A DNA stretch of 64,000 bases from Ramlibacter sp. (GTDB lineage Bacteria > Pseudomonadota > Gammaproteobacteria > Burkholderiales > Burkholderiaceae_C), in assembly GCF_028292805.1 (NCBI RefSeq), contig NZ_JAQGLS010000160.1, positions 8,048 through 72,047 on the forward strand, in the 5' to 3' direction. The notes under the pieces are model-generated. The model was not told the DNA's origin, made no database searches, and saw only the letters and a list, made by a program, of their open reading frames with translations. How positions within the stretch are numbered: the stretch's first letter is position 1; every line of letters begins with the position of its first letter. This document shows positions 39,379-49,925 of the stretch, piece after piece. A program made the position numbers and the translations under genes.

Positions 39379-39870
39379 CTACTCCTCTTCGTCTCCGCCA
39401 TCGGTCGCGTCGATCTTCTCCATGTTCTCCAGCATCTTGAGCAGGTAGTGCACCGTGTGCACCATGTCGTTGACGGAAAAGCCCTCCAGCGCCTGTTCGT
39501 AGAAGCCATGGATCTTGGGCAGCGCCTTGCGCTGCCACACCTGGCGGCCGCTGGCCGTCATGCGCACCAGCCGGGAGCGGCCGTCCTGCGGATCGGCGGC
39601 GCTTTCCACCCGGCCGTCGCGCTCCAGCCGGCCCACCACGCCGGCCAGGTTCTGGCGGCTGACCAGCAGGTAGCGCGCCAGCTCGCCCAGTTTCATGCCG
39701 CCTTCCGCCTGCGGCCGCGAGAGCGCTCCCAACACCGCCCACTGCTGCGTGGTCAGGCCTTCGTGTTCGATCGCGCGGGTGCCGGTTTTATGCAGCATAT
39801 TGGCGCACTGGTAAAGCCGGAAGAACAGCCGGTTGGCCAGCTCCATGCGCGTGTCGAGGGTCTTGTCCAT
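39379..39870 (-). CDS. MarR-family regulator (BadR-like context)
   Basis: LTTQQWAVLGAL...VSRQNLAGVVGRLERDG...DGRSR. Confidence 0.92.
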   Translation of the reverse strand: MDKTLDTRMELANRLFFRLYQCANMLHKTGTRAIEHEGLTTQQWAVLGALSRPQAEGGMKLGELARYLLVSRQNLAGVVGRLERDGRVESAADPQDGRSRLVRMTASGRQVWQRKALPKIHGFYEQALEGFSVNDMVHTVHYLLKMLENMEKIDATDGGDEEE

Positions 39871-39933
39871 AGGGGTGTCCGCGGGTTTGTGCGAAGGGGC
39901 GCGGCCTTGCAGGCCGTTGCCGTCGCGCCTAAT

Positions 39934-39954
39934 ATAGGTCCGCATGTTGCCTAT
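39934..39954. promoter_or_regulatory. ATAGG-N11-CCTAT inverted repeat in the marR/aliB divergent promoter
   Basis: ataggtccgcatgttgcctat. Confidence 0.5.
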
Positions 39955-39981
39955 GTCGAGAGCGAAGGACCATCCGCAGCC

Positions 39982-41136
39982 ATGAAGACGCCTTACATCG
40001 ACGAAGACCTCGAGGCGCTGGCCGACCAGGCGCGGCGTTTCGGCGCCGGGCGGGTCGCGCCCGGTTTCCAGGAGCGCGACCGCACGCGCGTGCTCGATCG
40101 CGGCTTGATGCGGGAGATGGGCGAGCTGGGCTTCATCGCGCCGGAACTGCCGCAGGCGGACGGCGGCCTGGGCCTGGGCTGCCTGGCCGCCGGCGTGATC
40201 CACGAGGAGATCGCCCGCGCCGACCTGAGCATGTCGTACATCAACCTGCTGGCTTCGCTCAATGGGCAGATCCTGTCGCAGTACGGCAGCAAGGAAGTCA
40301 CCGGGCCCTGGCTGCGCAAGCTCACGCGCGGCCAGGCGCTGGTCGCCATCGCGCTGACCGAGCCGCGCGGCGGATCCGATGCCGCCAACCTGCGGCTGAA
40401 GGCCGAGCGGGTCGCCGACGGCTACGTGCTCAATGGCGAGAAGACCTCGATCTCCGCGGCCGACCAGGCCGATGCGGTGATCGTGTTCGGCCGCACCGGC
40501 ACGACGGAAGCCGGCGCGCACGGCGTGACGGCGCTGCTGGTGCCCACCGACGCGCCGGGCCTGACGCGCAGCCGCTTCGACTGCCACGGCCAGCGCGCCA
40601 TCGGCCGCGGCGCGCTGTTCTTCGAAAACGTGAAGGTGCCGCTGGAGCACCGCCTGGGCGACGAGAACCGCGGCTTCGCGCAGGTGATGCAGGGCTTCGA
40701 CTACTCGCGCGCGCTGATCGGCCTGCAGGTGCTGGCGGTGGCCCGGGTGGCGCTGGAGGAAACCTGGGCCTACGTGGCGCAGCGCGAGGCCTTCGGCAAG
40801 CCGCTGGTGTCGTTCCAGGGCGTGTCGCATCCGCTGGCCGACCTGGACACCCAGGTCGAGGCGGCGCGGCTGCTGTGCCTGCAGGCGCTGTGGCTCAAGG
40901 ACCAGGGCTTGCCGCACGGGGCCCAGGCGGCGATGGTCAAGTGGTGGGCACCCAAGCTGGCCTACGACGCCATCCACCAGTGCCTGCTGTCGTTCGGCCA
41001 TGGCGGCTACGACCGCGGCGTGATGGAGCAGCGGCTGCGCGACGTGCTGGGGTTCCAGATCGGGGACGGCACCGCGCAGATCATGAAGACCATCGTCGCG
41101 CGAGCCAGGGCGGGGCGGCACGCGGTGGGGAACTGA
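39982..41136 (+). CDS. aliB: Acyl-CoA dehydrogenase, cyclohexanecarboxyl-CoA dehydrogenase type
   Basis: EEIARADLSMSYINLLASLNGQIL, ALTEPRGGSDAANL, FDCHGQRAIGRG, RDVLGFQIGDGTAQIMK. Confidence 0.8.
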   Translation: MKTPYIDEDLEALADQARRFGAGRVAPGFQERDRTRVLDRGLMREMGELGFIAPELPQADGGLGLGCLAAGVIHEEIARADLSMSYINLLASLNGQILSQYGSKEVTGPWLRKLTRGQALVAIALTEPRGGSDAANLRLKAERVADGYVLNGEKTSISAADQADAVIVFGRTGTTEAGAHGVTALLVPTDAPGLTRSRFDCHGQRAIGRGALFFENVKVPLEHRLGDENRGFAQVMQGFDYSRALIGLQVLAVARVALEETWAYVAQREAFGKPLVSFQGVSHPLADLDTQVEAARLLCLQALWLKDQGLPHGAQAAMVKWWAPKLAYDAIHQCLLSFGHGGYDRGVMEQRLRDVLGFQIGDGTAQIMKTIVARARAGRHAVGN

Positions 41137-41198
41137 GGGGGCGCTGGGTCCCCGGATCAAGGCCGGGCAGCGTGGCGGCCTGGAGCCGCAATCCGGAC

Positions 41199-42275
41199 TC
41201 AGGCGCCAGCCGAGGCCGCGGCCTCCGGACGCATCTCCGCTGGCTCCTCGCCACGCACTTTCGGCAAACTCTGCGGATACTCCCGCGCCAGGAAAGCCAG
41301 CAGGCCCTCGCGCAGCTTGCAGCGCAGATCGAAGGCGGCGCCGGAGTTGGCCGCCGACACCAGGATGCGCACCTGCATGGTCCGCTCGGTGGTGTCGGTC
41401 ACCTGCACGCCGAACACGCGCTTGTCCCACTCGGGCGCCTCCTCGGTGATCCGCTTGGCCTCGGCGCGGATCGCGTCCACCGGCGCGCCGAAGTCCAGGT
41501 ACAGGAAGGCGGTGCCCAGGAGCTGCGAGCCGGTGCGGGTCCAGTTCTCGAACGGGTTCTCGATGAACCATTGCAGCGGGATGATCAGGCGCCGTTCGTC
41601 CCAGATCTTGAGCACCACGTAGGTGCCGGTGATCTCCTCCACCCGGCCCCATTCGCCCTTGACGATCAGCACGTCGTCCAGACGGATCGGCTGGGCCAAT
41701 GCCAGCTGCAGGCCGGCGATCAGGTTGCTGAACACCGGCCGTGCCGCCAGGCCGCCGACAATGCCCAGCACGCCGGCCGAAGCCAGCAGGCTGGCGCCCA
41801 CCTGCCGCGCACCGGGGAAGGTCATCAACGCCATGGCGATGCCCGCGATCACCACCACCACCATCGCGCTGCGGCTCAGCACCTTGGTCTGGGTCTGGAT
41901 CCGGCGCGCGTTCAGGTTGTCTTCGACGCTGGACGGGTGGCGGGCGATCAGGCCCTCGGACAAGCCGTTGATGAAGGAGAGCACCCACCAGGTGATGGCG
42001 CCGATCAGCAGCAGGCCGGTCAGGTGCCGCACGATGCCGATGAAGAGCAGGTCGTTGGGGGCCGCCTGCCACACCAGCATCAGCGCCAGCAGCGGCAGCA
42101 CGGCGGAACCGGCGCGCTCGGTGGCGGTGAGCATCGACTGGAACAACAGGCTGCCGCGCATCACCTGCCGCAGCACCGCGCGCAGCAGCCGATGCGCGAC
42201 CATCGCGCCCATCACGGCCGCCAGCGCGAGCAGCGCGGTGGCCACCCACGGGTTCTGTTGCAGCAGCTGGATCAT
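41199..42275 (-). CDS. Small-conductance mechanosensitive channel (MscS family)
   Basis: [28 protein letters not shown]; WGRVEEIT. Confidence 0.9.
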   Translation of the reverse strand: MIQLLQQNPWVATALLALAAVMGAMVAHRLLRAVLRQVMRGSLLFQSMLTATERAGSAVLPLLALMLVWQAAPNDLLFIGIVRHLTGLLLIGAITWWVLSFINGLSEGLIARHPSSVEDNLNARRIQTQTKVLSRSAMVVVVIAGIAMALMTFPGARQVGASLLASAGVLGIVGGLAARPVFSNLIAGLQLALAQPIRLDDVLIVKGEWGRVEEITGTYVVLKIWDERRLIIPLQWFIENPFENWTRTGSQLLGTAFLYLDFGAPVDAIRAEAKRITEEAPEWDKRVFGVQVTDTTERTMQVRILVSAANSGAAFDLRCKLREGLLAFLAREYPQSLPKVRGEEPAEMRPEAAASAGA

Positions 42276-43189
42276 TCCTGGGCGGTGGCTGGCGGTACCT
42301 CGTCGACCTTGGTGCCCGGCTTCATCGCCGGGTCCACCAGCGAGGGCGCGTTCTGGCGCAGTTCGGCCTTCTCGCCGGCGCTGGCGAACTTGCTGTACTT
42401 GCGCAGGATGTTGACCAGCTGGCCGTACACCTTCGGGTTGCCGGCCACGCACTCGCGCTGCTCGAGGAAGTCGGACTCGCCGGTGAAGTTGCCGATCAGG
42501 CCGCCCGCCTCGGTGATCAGCAGCGAGCCGGCCGCCACGTCCCACGCCGACAGGCCGGTCTCGAAAAAGCCTTCGGTCCAGCCGGCCGCCACGTAGGCCA
42601 GGTCGAGGGCGGCGGCGCCGGGCCGGCGCAGGCCCGCGGTGCGCTGCATCACGTCGGCCATCATCTTCAGGTAGACGTTGAAGTTGTCGCCCGGGCGGAA
42701 CGGGAAGCCGGTGGACACCAGCGACTCCTTGAGCTGCGTGCGCTTGCTCACGCGCAGCCGGCGCTCGTTCAGGTAGGCGCCGCGGCCGCGGGTGGAAGTG
42801 AACAGGTCGTTGCGGGTCGGGTCGTAGATCACCGCCTGCTCCACGCGCCCGCGCACCAGCAGCGCGATGCTCACGCAGTAGACCGGGAAGCCGTGGATGA
42901 AGTTGGTGGTGCCGTCGAGCGGGTCGATCACCCACACGTGGTCGGAGGTGGCGTTGCCATGTTCGCGGCCAGACTCCTCGGCCCAGATCCCGTGGTCGGG
43001 ATAGGCGGTCAACAGCGTCTCGATGATGGCGGCCTCGCTGGCATGGTCGACTTCGGTCACGAAGTCGTTGACCTGTTTCTGCGAGATGCGCACCGCCTCG
43101 ACGTCGAGCGCGGCCCGGTTGATGATGGCGCCGGCGGCGCGAGCGGCCTTGACGGCCATGTTGAGCATGGGGTGCTGGTTGGCGGACAT
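42272..43189 (-). CDS. suhB: Inositol monophosphatase family protein SuhB
   Basis: [31 protein letters not shown]. Confidence 0.96.
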   Translation of the reverse strand: MSANQHPMLNMAVKAARAAGAIINRAALDVEAVRISQKQVNDFVTEVDHASEAAIIETLLTAYPDHGIWAEESGREHGNATSDHVWVIDPLDGTTNFIHGFPVYCVSIALLVRGRVEQAVIYDPTRNDLFTSTRGRGAYLNERRLRVSKRTQLKESLVSTGFPFRPGDNFNVYLKMMADVMQRTAGLRRPGAAALDLAYVAAGWTEGFFETGLSAWDVAAGSLLITEAGGLIGNFTGESDFLEQRECVAGNPKVYGQLVNILRKYSKFASAGEKAELRQNAPSLVDPAMKPGTKVDEVPPATAQE

Positions 43190-43429
43190 GGATTGTTTGA
43201 AGAGCTGCGCCGTGCGGCGAGGAAAGGCCCGGCGATGCGGGACTGGATGTGCCCCCATTTTAGCGGCGGCTGGGCGCCGCCGGCCTCGGCAGGGGCATCC
43301 TGTGCGTCCTACGCTGAACTGCGTAGCCTGGCGGCCCAGCCGGGCCTGCAGGCGTGAGAAACGCGGCGGCGCGCACCAGCGTGCCGGCCAGGCCCGGCAC
43401 CACACCGCCCGGGCGGTGACAATCGCGGG

Positions 43430-44155
43430 GTGCAGACGCGATTCATCCTGATCCAGACCAGCCACTCCGGCAATGTCGGGGCCGCCGCCCGCGCCATGAA
43501 GGTGATGGGTTTTCACGACCTGGTGCTGGTGGCGCCGCGCTGGCCCGACGTGCTGCAGCGTCAGGAAACCCTGGACCGCGCCAGCGGCGCCGCCGACGTG
43601 CTGCAGCGCGCGCGCATCGTCGCCACGCTGGAGGAAGCGCTGGACGGCGTCACCCACCTGTGCGCCACGGTGATGACGGCGCGCGACTTCGGCCCGCCCA
43701 CGCGCACGCCGCGCGAGCACCTGGGGCCGCTGGCCGGAACGCAGGCGAGCGTGGCCTTCCTGTTCGGCTCGGAACGCTATGGAATGCGCAACGAGGACGT
43801 CTACCGCTGCCATGCGGCGCTGCAGATCCCGACCAACCCGGACTACGGCTCCTTGAATCTGGCTGCCGCCATGCAGGTGGTGGCGTACGAATGGCGCATG
43901 GCGCTGGGGGGCTTTGGCGCCCCGCAGGCCGCGCCGGCGTCGAGCACCGCCGACGCCCAGGCGGTAGCCGGGATGCTGCAGCACTGGGAGCAGGCGCTGG
44001 TGGAGATCGGCTTTCTGGACCCGGCCGCGCCCAAGAAGCTGATGCCCAGGCTGAACCAGCTGTTCAACCGGGCGCAGCCGACCCCCGAGGAAATCCACAT
44101 CCTGCGTGGTGTCGCGAAAAGCATGTCCGCAGCAGCGAACGGGCGCAAGCTATAG
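43430..44155 (+). CDS. trmJ: tRNA (C32/U32)-2'-O-methyltransferase, SPOUT family
   Basis: [31 protein letters not shown]. Confidence 0.9.
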   Translation: MQTRFILIQTSHSGNVGAAARAMKVMGFHDLVLVAPRWPDVLQRQETLDRASGAADVLQRARIVATLEEALDGVTHLCATVMTARDFGPPTRTPREHLGPLAGTQASVAFLFGSERYGMRNEDVYRCHAALQIPTNPDYGSLNLAAAMQVVAYEWRMALGGFGAPQAAPASSTADAQAVAGMLQHWEQALVEIGFLDPAAPKKLMPRLNQLFNRAQPTPEEIHILRGVAKSMSAAANGRKL

Positions 44156-44181
44156 ACTCTGGCCGGATCAGCAAGGACACC

Positions 44182-44955
44182 ATGTTCAGCCGCCTGCGTT
44201 CCGACATCCAGTGCATCCTCGACCGCGATCCTGCCGCGCGCAGCACGTGGGAGGTGCTCACGTGCTATCCGGGGCTGCACGCGCTCGTGCTGCATCGCTT
44301 GAGCCACTGGCTGTGGCGGCGCGAGCTGCGCTGGCTCGGGCGCTTCGTCTCGCAGATCTCGCGCTGGCTGACCGGCATCGAGATCCACCCGGGCGCGACC
44401 CTGGGCAACCGGGTCTTCATCGACCACGGCATGGGCATCGTGATCGGTGAAACCGCCCAAGTGGGCGACGGCTGCACCATCTACCAGGGCGTCACGCTGG
44501 GCGGCACCTCGCTGTCCAAGGGCGCCAAGCGGCACCCGACGCTGGGGCGCAACGTGGTGGTGGGCGCCGGCGCCAAGGTGCTGGGCGGCTTCACCGTGGG
44601 CGACGACGCGGCCATCGGCTCGAACGCCGTGGTCACCAAGGCGGTGCCGCCGGGCGCCACGGCGGTCGGCATTCCGGCGCGCATCATCCAGGCCGAAGAC
44701 GGCGCGCGGCGCGAGGAAGCCGCGGCCAAGATGGGTTTTTCGGCCTACGGCGTCACGGCCACCGACGATCCGCTGTCGCAGGCCATGCGCGGCCTGATCG
44801 ACAACGCCTCGCTGCAGGAGCACCAGATCGCGCTGCTGTGGCAGGCGATCGAGAAGCTGTCCGATGCGCGGCGCGGGGAAGGCTGCGTGCCCGAGGACGC
44901 GGCGACCAAGGAATGCTTCGAGGCCGACAAGCTGACGCAGCTGGTTGGCAAATAG
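44182..44955 (+). CDS. cysE: Serine O-acetyltransferase
   Basis: [27 protein letters not shown]. Confidence 0.95.
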   Translation: MFSRLRSDIQCILDRDPAARSTWEVLTCYPGLHALVLHRLSHWLWRRELRWLGRFVSQISRWLTGIEIHPGATLGNRVFIDHGMGIVIGETAQVGDGCTIYQGVTLGGTSLSKGAKRHPTLGRNVVVGAGAKVLGGFTVGDDAAIGSNAVVTKAVPPGATAVGIPARIIQAEDGARREEAAAKMGFSAYGVTATDDPLSQAMRGLIDNASLQEHQIALLWQAIEKLSDARRGEGCVPEDAATKECFEADKLTQLVGK

Positions 44956-44975
44956 CCGCCTGCGGCGGCTTCCAC

Positions 44976-45563
44976 CTACTTTGCGCGGATCGCGCTTTTT
45001 GGCCGGAAGGCCTTGCACACGGCGTCGTGCGTTTCCAGGTACGGCCCGCCGATCAGGTCGATGCAATACGGCACGGCCGCGAAGATCCCTTGCACCAGCT
45101 GCTTGCCGTCGGCGTCCTTCAGCCCTTCCAGCGTCTCCTGGATCGCCTTGGGTTGCCCCGGCAGGTTGATGATCAGGCTTTGCCCGCGGATCACCGCCAC
45201 CTGCCGCGACAGGATGGCCGTCGGCACGAAGCGCAGGCTCACCTGCCGCATCTGCTCGCCGAAGCCGGGCATTTCCCTGTCGGCGATCGCCAGCGTCGCT
45301 TCCGGCGTGACGTCGCGCGGCGCCGGGCCGGTGCCGCCGGTGGTCAGCACCAGCGCGCAGCCGGCATCGGCCAGTTCCACCAGCGCGGCGCTGATGCGGT
45401 CTTTCTCGTCGGGGATCAGCCGCTCCTCGAGCGTGAGCGGATTTTTCAGCGCCCGCGCCAGCCAGTCCTTCAGCGCCGGCAAGCCCTTGTCCTGGTAGAC
45501 GCCGCTGGCGGCGCGGTCGCTGATCGAGACGATGCCGATGCGCGCCGCCTCGTGCTCACTCAT
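44976..45563 (-). CDS. mog: Molybdopterin adenylyltransferase
   Basis: VSISDRA, TTGGTGPAPRDVTPEAT, INLPGQP. Confidence 0.95.
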   Translation of the reverse strand: MSEHEAARIGIVSISDRAASGVYQDKGLPALKDWLARALKNPLTLEERLIPDEKDRISAALVELADAGCALVLTTGGTGPAPRDVTPEATLAIADREMPGFGEQMRQVSLRFVPTAILSRQVAVIRGQSLIINLPGQPKAIQETLEGLKDADGKQLVQGIFAAVPYCIDLIGGPYLETHDAVCKAFRPKSAIRAK

Positions 45564-46182
45564 CCTGCGCCTCTTCCCGGTTCATCGCATCGCGCACGAT
45601 CTGGAAGATGTCGCGAAAGGCCCGGCCGCGGCGCGGAGCGAGGCCCTTGGAGATCGATTCCTGGTCCGGTTGGCCGTCCTTTCGGGCCTGGCGGATCAGC
45701 GCGCGCAGCTGCTGCACGTCGGTCTCGGGATGCGCCTCCAGCCACTTGGGCAGCGCCTCGTCGTCGGCGATCAGGTCGTCGCGCCACTTCTCGGCCATGT
45801 GCAGCGCCAGCGTGTGCTGCGCCGAGCCGCCGCGCTGTTCGGCCAGCGCATCGCGCACGCCGTCCAGCACCGCCTTGTCGAGCCCGCGCATCAGCTTGCC
45901 CACGTACTGCATCTGCCGGCGCCGGCCTTCGAAGTTGGTGATGCGGCGCGCTTCGTCGAGCGCATCGATCAGCTTCTCGGGCAGGCCCAGCCTGTCCTTC
46001 AGCCCGGACGACAGCGTCAACAGGTCTTCGCCGAGCTTTTGCAGGTCGTCGCTTTCCTTTTTCAGTTCGGTGCGGCTGCGTTCGCCGCCGGTGCGTTCGG
46101 CTTCGAGCAACAGGTCGAGATCGCTGCCTTCGGCAACGAAGTGACCTTGGACGAAATAGCCTTTTTTGGGTTTGCGGGACAT
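45556..46182 (-). CDS. yjgA: Ribosome-associated protein YjgA (DUF615)
   Basis: SRTELKKE...LQKLGE; RRQMQYVGKLMR; QQLRALIRQARK. Confidence 0.92.
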   Translation of the reverse strand: MSRKPKKGYFVQGHFVAEGSDLDLLLEAERTGGERSRTELKKESDDLQKLGEDLLTLSSGLKDRLGLPEKLIDALDEARRITNFEGRRRQMQYVGKLMRGLDKAVLDGVRDALAEQRGGSAQHTLALHMAEKWRDDLIADDEALPKWLEAHPETDVQQLRALIRQARKDGQPDQESISKGLAPRRGRAFRDIFQIVRDAMNREEAQDE

Positions 46183-46248
46183 GCGGGGAAAGTGGGAAAG
46201 AAACAGCGCGGCCGTGCGCTTGGTGGCACGCAAGTATCATAGCCCGCC

Positions 46249-47625
46249 ATGAACAAGACACCCTCGCAAGCCGATCGCGGCTTCAGCTACAGCCGCGCAG
46301 ATTTCGAGGAACTGGTCGATTTCGCACTGGCCCATGCGCGCACCCTGGGTGCCACGGATTCCGGCGCGGAAGCGTCCGAAGGCTGCGGCCTGAGCGTTTC
46401 CGTGCGCAAGGGCGAGCTGGAGACGGTCGAGCGCAACCGCGACAAGTCGCTGGGCATCACGGTCTACATGGGCCACCAGCGCGGCAATGCCAGCACCTCC
46501 GATTTCTCCCGCCCCGCCATCGAACGGACGGTGCAGGCCGCCTACGACATCGCCCGCTTCACCGCGCAAGACCCGGTGGCGGGCCTGCCCGAGCCCGACG
46601 ACATCGCGCCGACGGCCGAACACCAGGACCTGGACCTGTTCCACCCCTGGGACGTCACCAGCGAGCAGGCGGCCGAACTGGCGATCCGCTGCGAGCGGGC
46701 GGCGTTCGACACCGACGCCCGCATCGCCAACAGCGAAGGCGCCGGCGTCTCGGCGCAGCAGAGCCACTTTTTCAGCAGCCACACGCATGGCTTTCGCGGC
46801 GGCTACGCCAGCTCCCGCCACTCGATCTCGGTGGCGCCGATCGCCGGCCGCGGCGACGAGATGCAGCGCGACGCCTGGTACAGCTCCATGCGCTCGGCCG
46901 GCGAGCTGGCCACTCCGGAGTCCGTGGGCCGTTACGCGGCCGAGCGCGCGCTGGCGCGGCTGAAGTCGCGCAAGATCACGACCCGCGAATGCCCGGTGCT
47001 GTTCGAGTCGCCGCTGGCGGCCGGGCTGCTGGGCGGCTTCGTGCAGGCGGTCAGCGGCGGCGCCTTGTACCGCAAGAGCACCTTCCTGCTCGACTCGCTG
47101 GGCAAGCAGATCTTTCCCAAGCACGTGGACGTGCTGGAAGACCCGTTCCTGCGGCGCGGCAAGGGCAGCTCGCCGTTCGACGAAGAGGGCGTGCGCACGC
47201 GGGCCCGCAAGGTGGTGGATGCCGGCCGCGTCGAAGGTTATTTCCTGAGCAGCTATTCGGCGCGCAAGCTGGGCATGAAGACCACCGGCAACGCCGGCGG
47301 CTCGCACAACCTGACGCTGTCGTCGCGGCTGACCAAGCCGGGCGACGACCTGCCGGCGATGCTGCGCAAGCTGGGCACCGGCCTGTTCGTGATCGAGCTG
47401 ATGGGGCAGGGCGTCAACTACGTGACGGGCGACTATTCGCGCGGTGCCAGCGGCTTTTGGGTGGAGAACGGCGAGATCGCCTTCCCGGTGCAGGAGATCA
47501 CCATCGCGGGCAACCTCAAGGACATGCTCAAGGGCATCCAGGCGGTGGGCGCGGACACGTACAACTACGGCGCCAAGACGGTGGGGTCGATCCTGGTGAA
47601 CAGGATGAAGGTGGCCGGCTCGTAA
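46249..47625 (+). CDS. pmbA: TldE/PmbA metalloprotease subunit
   Basis: ERNRDKSLGIT, FDEEG, VTGDYSRGASGFW, EITIAGNL. Confidence 0.95.
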   Translation: MNKTPSQADRGFSYSRADFEELVDFALAHARTLGATDSGAEASEGCGLSVSVRKGELETVERNRDKSLGITVYMGHQRGNASTSDFSRPAIERTVQAAYDIARFTAQDPVAGLPEPDDIAPTAEHQDLDLFHPWDVTSEQAAELAIRCERAAFDTDARIANSEGAGVSAQQSHFFSSHTHGFRGGYASSRHSISVAPIAGRGDEMQRDAWYSSMRSAGELATPESVGRYAAERALARLKSRKITTRECPVLFESPLAAGLLGGFVQAVSGGALYRKSTFLLDSLGKQIFPKHVDVLEDPFLRRGKGSSPFDEEGVRTRARKVVDAGRVEGYFLSSYSARKLGMKTTGNAGGSHNLTLSSRLTKPGDDLPAMLRKLGTGLFVIELMGQGVNYVTGDYSRGASGFWVENGEIAFPVQEITIAGNLKDMLKGIQAVGADTYNYGAKTVGSILVNRMKVAGS

Positions 47626-47646
47626 GCCGCCCCGTCGCGCATGCTT

Positions 47647-47728
47647 GTCATTGCGGGCGCGACCCGCAATCCAGGCCGCCGGCGCGATGTGCCGGCGCTG
47701 CATGGATCCCGGGTTCGCCCGGGATGAC
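47647..47728. repeat. REP-like double palindrome between convergent genes
   Basis: GTCATTGCGGG..CCCGCAATCCA ... TGGATCCCGGG..CCCGGGATGAC. Confidence 0.78.
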
Positions 47729-47735
47729 CGCTTGC

Positions 47736-48182
47736 TCAGCCGGCCAGCGCAGCCTTCACCGCCGCGCTCACCTGTCCCATGTCGGCCTTGCCGGCCAGCC
47801 GCGCCTTGGCGGCGCCCATGACCTTGCCCATGTCGCCGGGGCCGCTGGCGCCGACCTCGGCCACGATGGCTTTCACTTGGGCCGCCACCTCATCGGCCGA
47901 CAGCCGCGCCGGCAGGTAGATCTGCAGCACCTGGGCTTCGGCCTTCTCCTTGTCGGCCAGGTCGTGCCGGCCGGCCTTTTCGAAGGCTTCGATGCTGTCC
48001 TTGCGCTGCTTGAGCAGCTTGTCGACGATGGCGACCACGGCCGCATCGTCCAGCTCGATGCGCTCGTCCACTTCTTTTTGCTTCATGGCCGCGGTCAGCA
48101 TGCGGATGGCGCCCAGGCGCTCGCTGTCCTTGGCGCGCATGGCGGCCTTCATGTCGTCGGTGATGCGTTCCTTGAGCGTCAT
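47736..48182 (-). CDS. GatB/YqeY domain protein
   Basis: LKERITDDMKAAMRAKD...DMGKVMG. Confidence 0.93.
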   Translation of the reverse strand: MTLKERITDDMKAAMRAKDSERLGAIRMLTAAMKQKEVDERIELDDAAVVAIVDKLLKQRKDSIEAFEKAGRHDLADKEKAEAQVLQIYLPARLSADEVAAQVKAIVAEVGASGPGDMGKVMGAAKARLAGKADMGQVSAAVKAALAG

Positions 48183-48300
48183 GGCGGGGTCCTTGGAGGG
48201 AAAAGGGGATGGAAACGGAAAAGGCCTGCGCGGGCGTCCCCGGGCAGGCCTTGGCTGGTGCCGCGGCGGAAGGTGACTTCCGCCGCGGCCCGCAAGAAGC

Positions 48301-48513
48301 TCAGTAGAGCTTCTTGGGCAGCTGCATGCTGCGAACGCGCTTGAAGTGGCGCTTGATGGCCGCGGCCTTCTTGCGCTTGCGCTCGGCGGTGGGCTTCTCG
48401 TAGAACTCGCGGGCGCGCAGGTCGGTCAGCAGGCCCAGCTTCTCGATGGTGCGCTTGAAGCGGCGCAGGGCCACGTCGAACGGCTCGTTTTCCTTGACTC
48501 GGATGGTCGTCAT
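48301..48513 (-). CDS. rpsU: 30S ribosomal protein S21
   Basis: [14 protein letters not shown]...EFYEKPT. Confidence 0.98.
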   Translation of the reverse strand: MTTIRVKENEPFDVALRRFKRTIEKLGLLTDLRAREFYEKPTAERKRKKAAAIKRHFKRVRSMQLPKKLY

Positions 48514-48621
48514 GACTTCTCAAAAATTTCAGTGCCCGGCGTAGATCGAGGACGCCCGGCGGTGTTTCCCCACCTGTAGATCGATCAGAGGCCGGTGGGG
48601 GTTTGCCAGCAAAGCCGCAGA

Positions 48622-49890
48622 TTATAGCGCCACCGGCCCAGCCGGCAAGCCAAGCGGCTTTTCCAGGCTTGCCAGCGCCTGCGCGCAGGCATGTCCGCTG
48701 GCCCAGGCCCACTGGAAGTTGTAGCCGCCCAGCCAGCCCGTCACGTCCACCACCTCGCCGATGAAGTACAGCCCGGGGCGCTGCTTGGCCTCCATGGTCT
48801 GCGACGACAGCTCGCGGGTGTCGACGCCGCCGGCCGTCACTTCCGCCTTGCGGTAGCCCTCGCTGCCGGTGGGCACCAGTTCCCAGCGCGAGAGCCGCTC
48901 GGCCAGCTGCAGCAAGGCCTTGTCGGAGGCTTCCGCCACCGGCCGCTGCCAGGCCGGATCTTGCTGCACCCAGGCGTCGGCCAGCCGCGAGGGCACCCAG
49001 GCGGCCAGCTCGTTGGCGATCAGCTTGCGCGACCGTCCCTTGGCCTGCAGCAGGGCCTGCGCAATGTCGACACCGGGCGCCAGGTCGATCCGGATCGGCG
49101 TGCTTTCCCGCCAGTAGCTGGAGATCTGCAGCACCGCCGGCCCGCTCAGGCCCCGATGCGTGAACAGCAGGTCTTCGTCGAAAGCCATGCGCTGCTTCTT
49201 GTCGCCTGTTTCGATGCGCACCGGCAGGGCCAGCCCGGCCAGCCCGGCGAACGGCGCCCAGGCCGCGCCGTCGAAGGTGAGCGGCACCAGCGCCGGGCGC
49301 AGCGGCGCGATGCGCAGGCCGAACTGCTGGGCGATGCGGTAACCAAAGTCGGTCGCGCCGATCTTGGGGATCGACAAGCCGCCGGTGGCGATCACCAGCG
49401 CGCGGGTGCGCACCGCGCCGCGGCTGGTTTGCAGCAGGTAGCCGCCGTCCTCGTTGGCCACGGAGGCGACCCGGCACGGCTGCCAGTGCGTCACGCCGCC
49501 GCCGGCGCATTCGGCCAGCAGCATGCGGATGAAGTCGTCAGCGGAGCGGTCGCCGAACAGCTGGCCCTTGTGCTTTTCGTGGAAAGGGATGCCGTGCTTG
49601 CCCACCAGCGCCAGGAAGTCGGCCGGCGTGTAGCGCGCCAGCGCGGAGCGGCAGAAGTTGGCGTTCTCGCCCAGAAAGTGCTTGTGCGGCGCGCGCGGGT
49701 CGAGCTCGCGGTTGGTGAAGTTGCAGCGGCCGCCGCCCGAGATGCGGATCTTCTCGGCGATCTTGTCGGCGTGGTCGAGCAGCAGCACCTTCAGGCCACG
49801 CTGGCCGGCCTGGGCGGCGCAGAACAGGCCGGCGGCGCCGGCGCCGACCACGACGGCATCGAATGAGTGGAGGGGCGGTGCGTCGGACAT
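48622..49890 (-). CDS. HI0933/YhiN-family flavoprotein
   Basis: GAGAAG, KIRISGGGRCNFTN, EVTAGGV, GWLGGYNFQWAW. Confidence 0.93.
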   Translation of the reverse strand: MSDAPPLHSFDAVVVGAGAAGLFCAAQAGQRGLKVLLLDHADKIAEKIRISGGGRCNFTNRELDPRAPHKHFLGENANFCRSALARYTPADFLALVGKHGIPFHEKHKGQLFGDRSADDFIRMLLAECAGGGVTHWQPCRVASVANEDGGYLLQTSRGAVRTRALVIATGGLSIPKIGATDFGYRIAQQFGLRIAPLRPALVPLTFDGAAWAPFAGLAGLALPVRIETGDKKQRMAFDEDLLFTHRGLSGPAVLQISSYWRESTPIRIDLAPGVDIAQALLQAKGRSRKLIANELAAWVPSRLADAWVQQDPAWQRPVAEASDKALLQLAERLSRWELVPTGSEGYRKAEVTAGGVDTRELSSQTMEAKQRPGLYFIGEVVDVTGWLGGYNFQWAWASGHACAQALASLEKPLGLPAGPVAL

Positions 49891-49925
49891 GGAGGCGGAT
49901 TATCGCGACCCGCCGCCGCCGCCCG

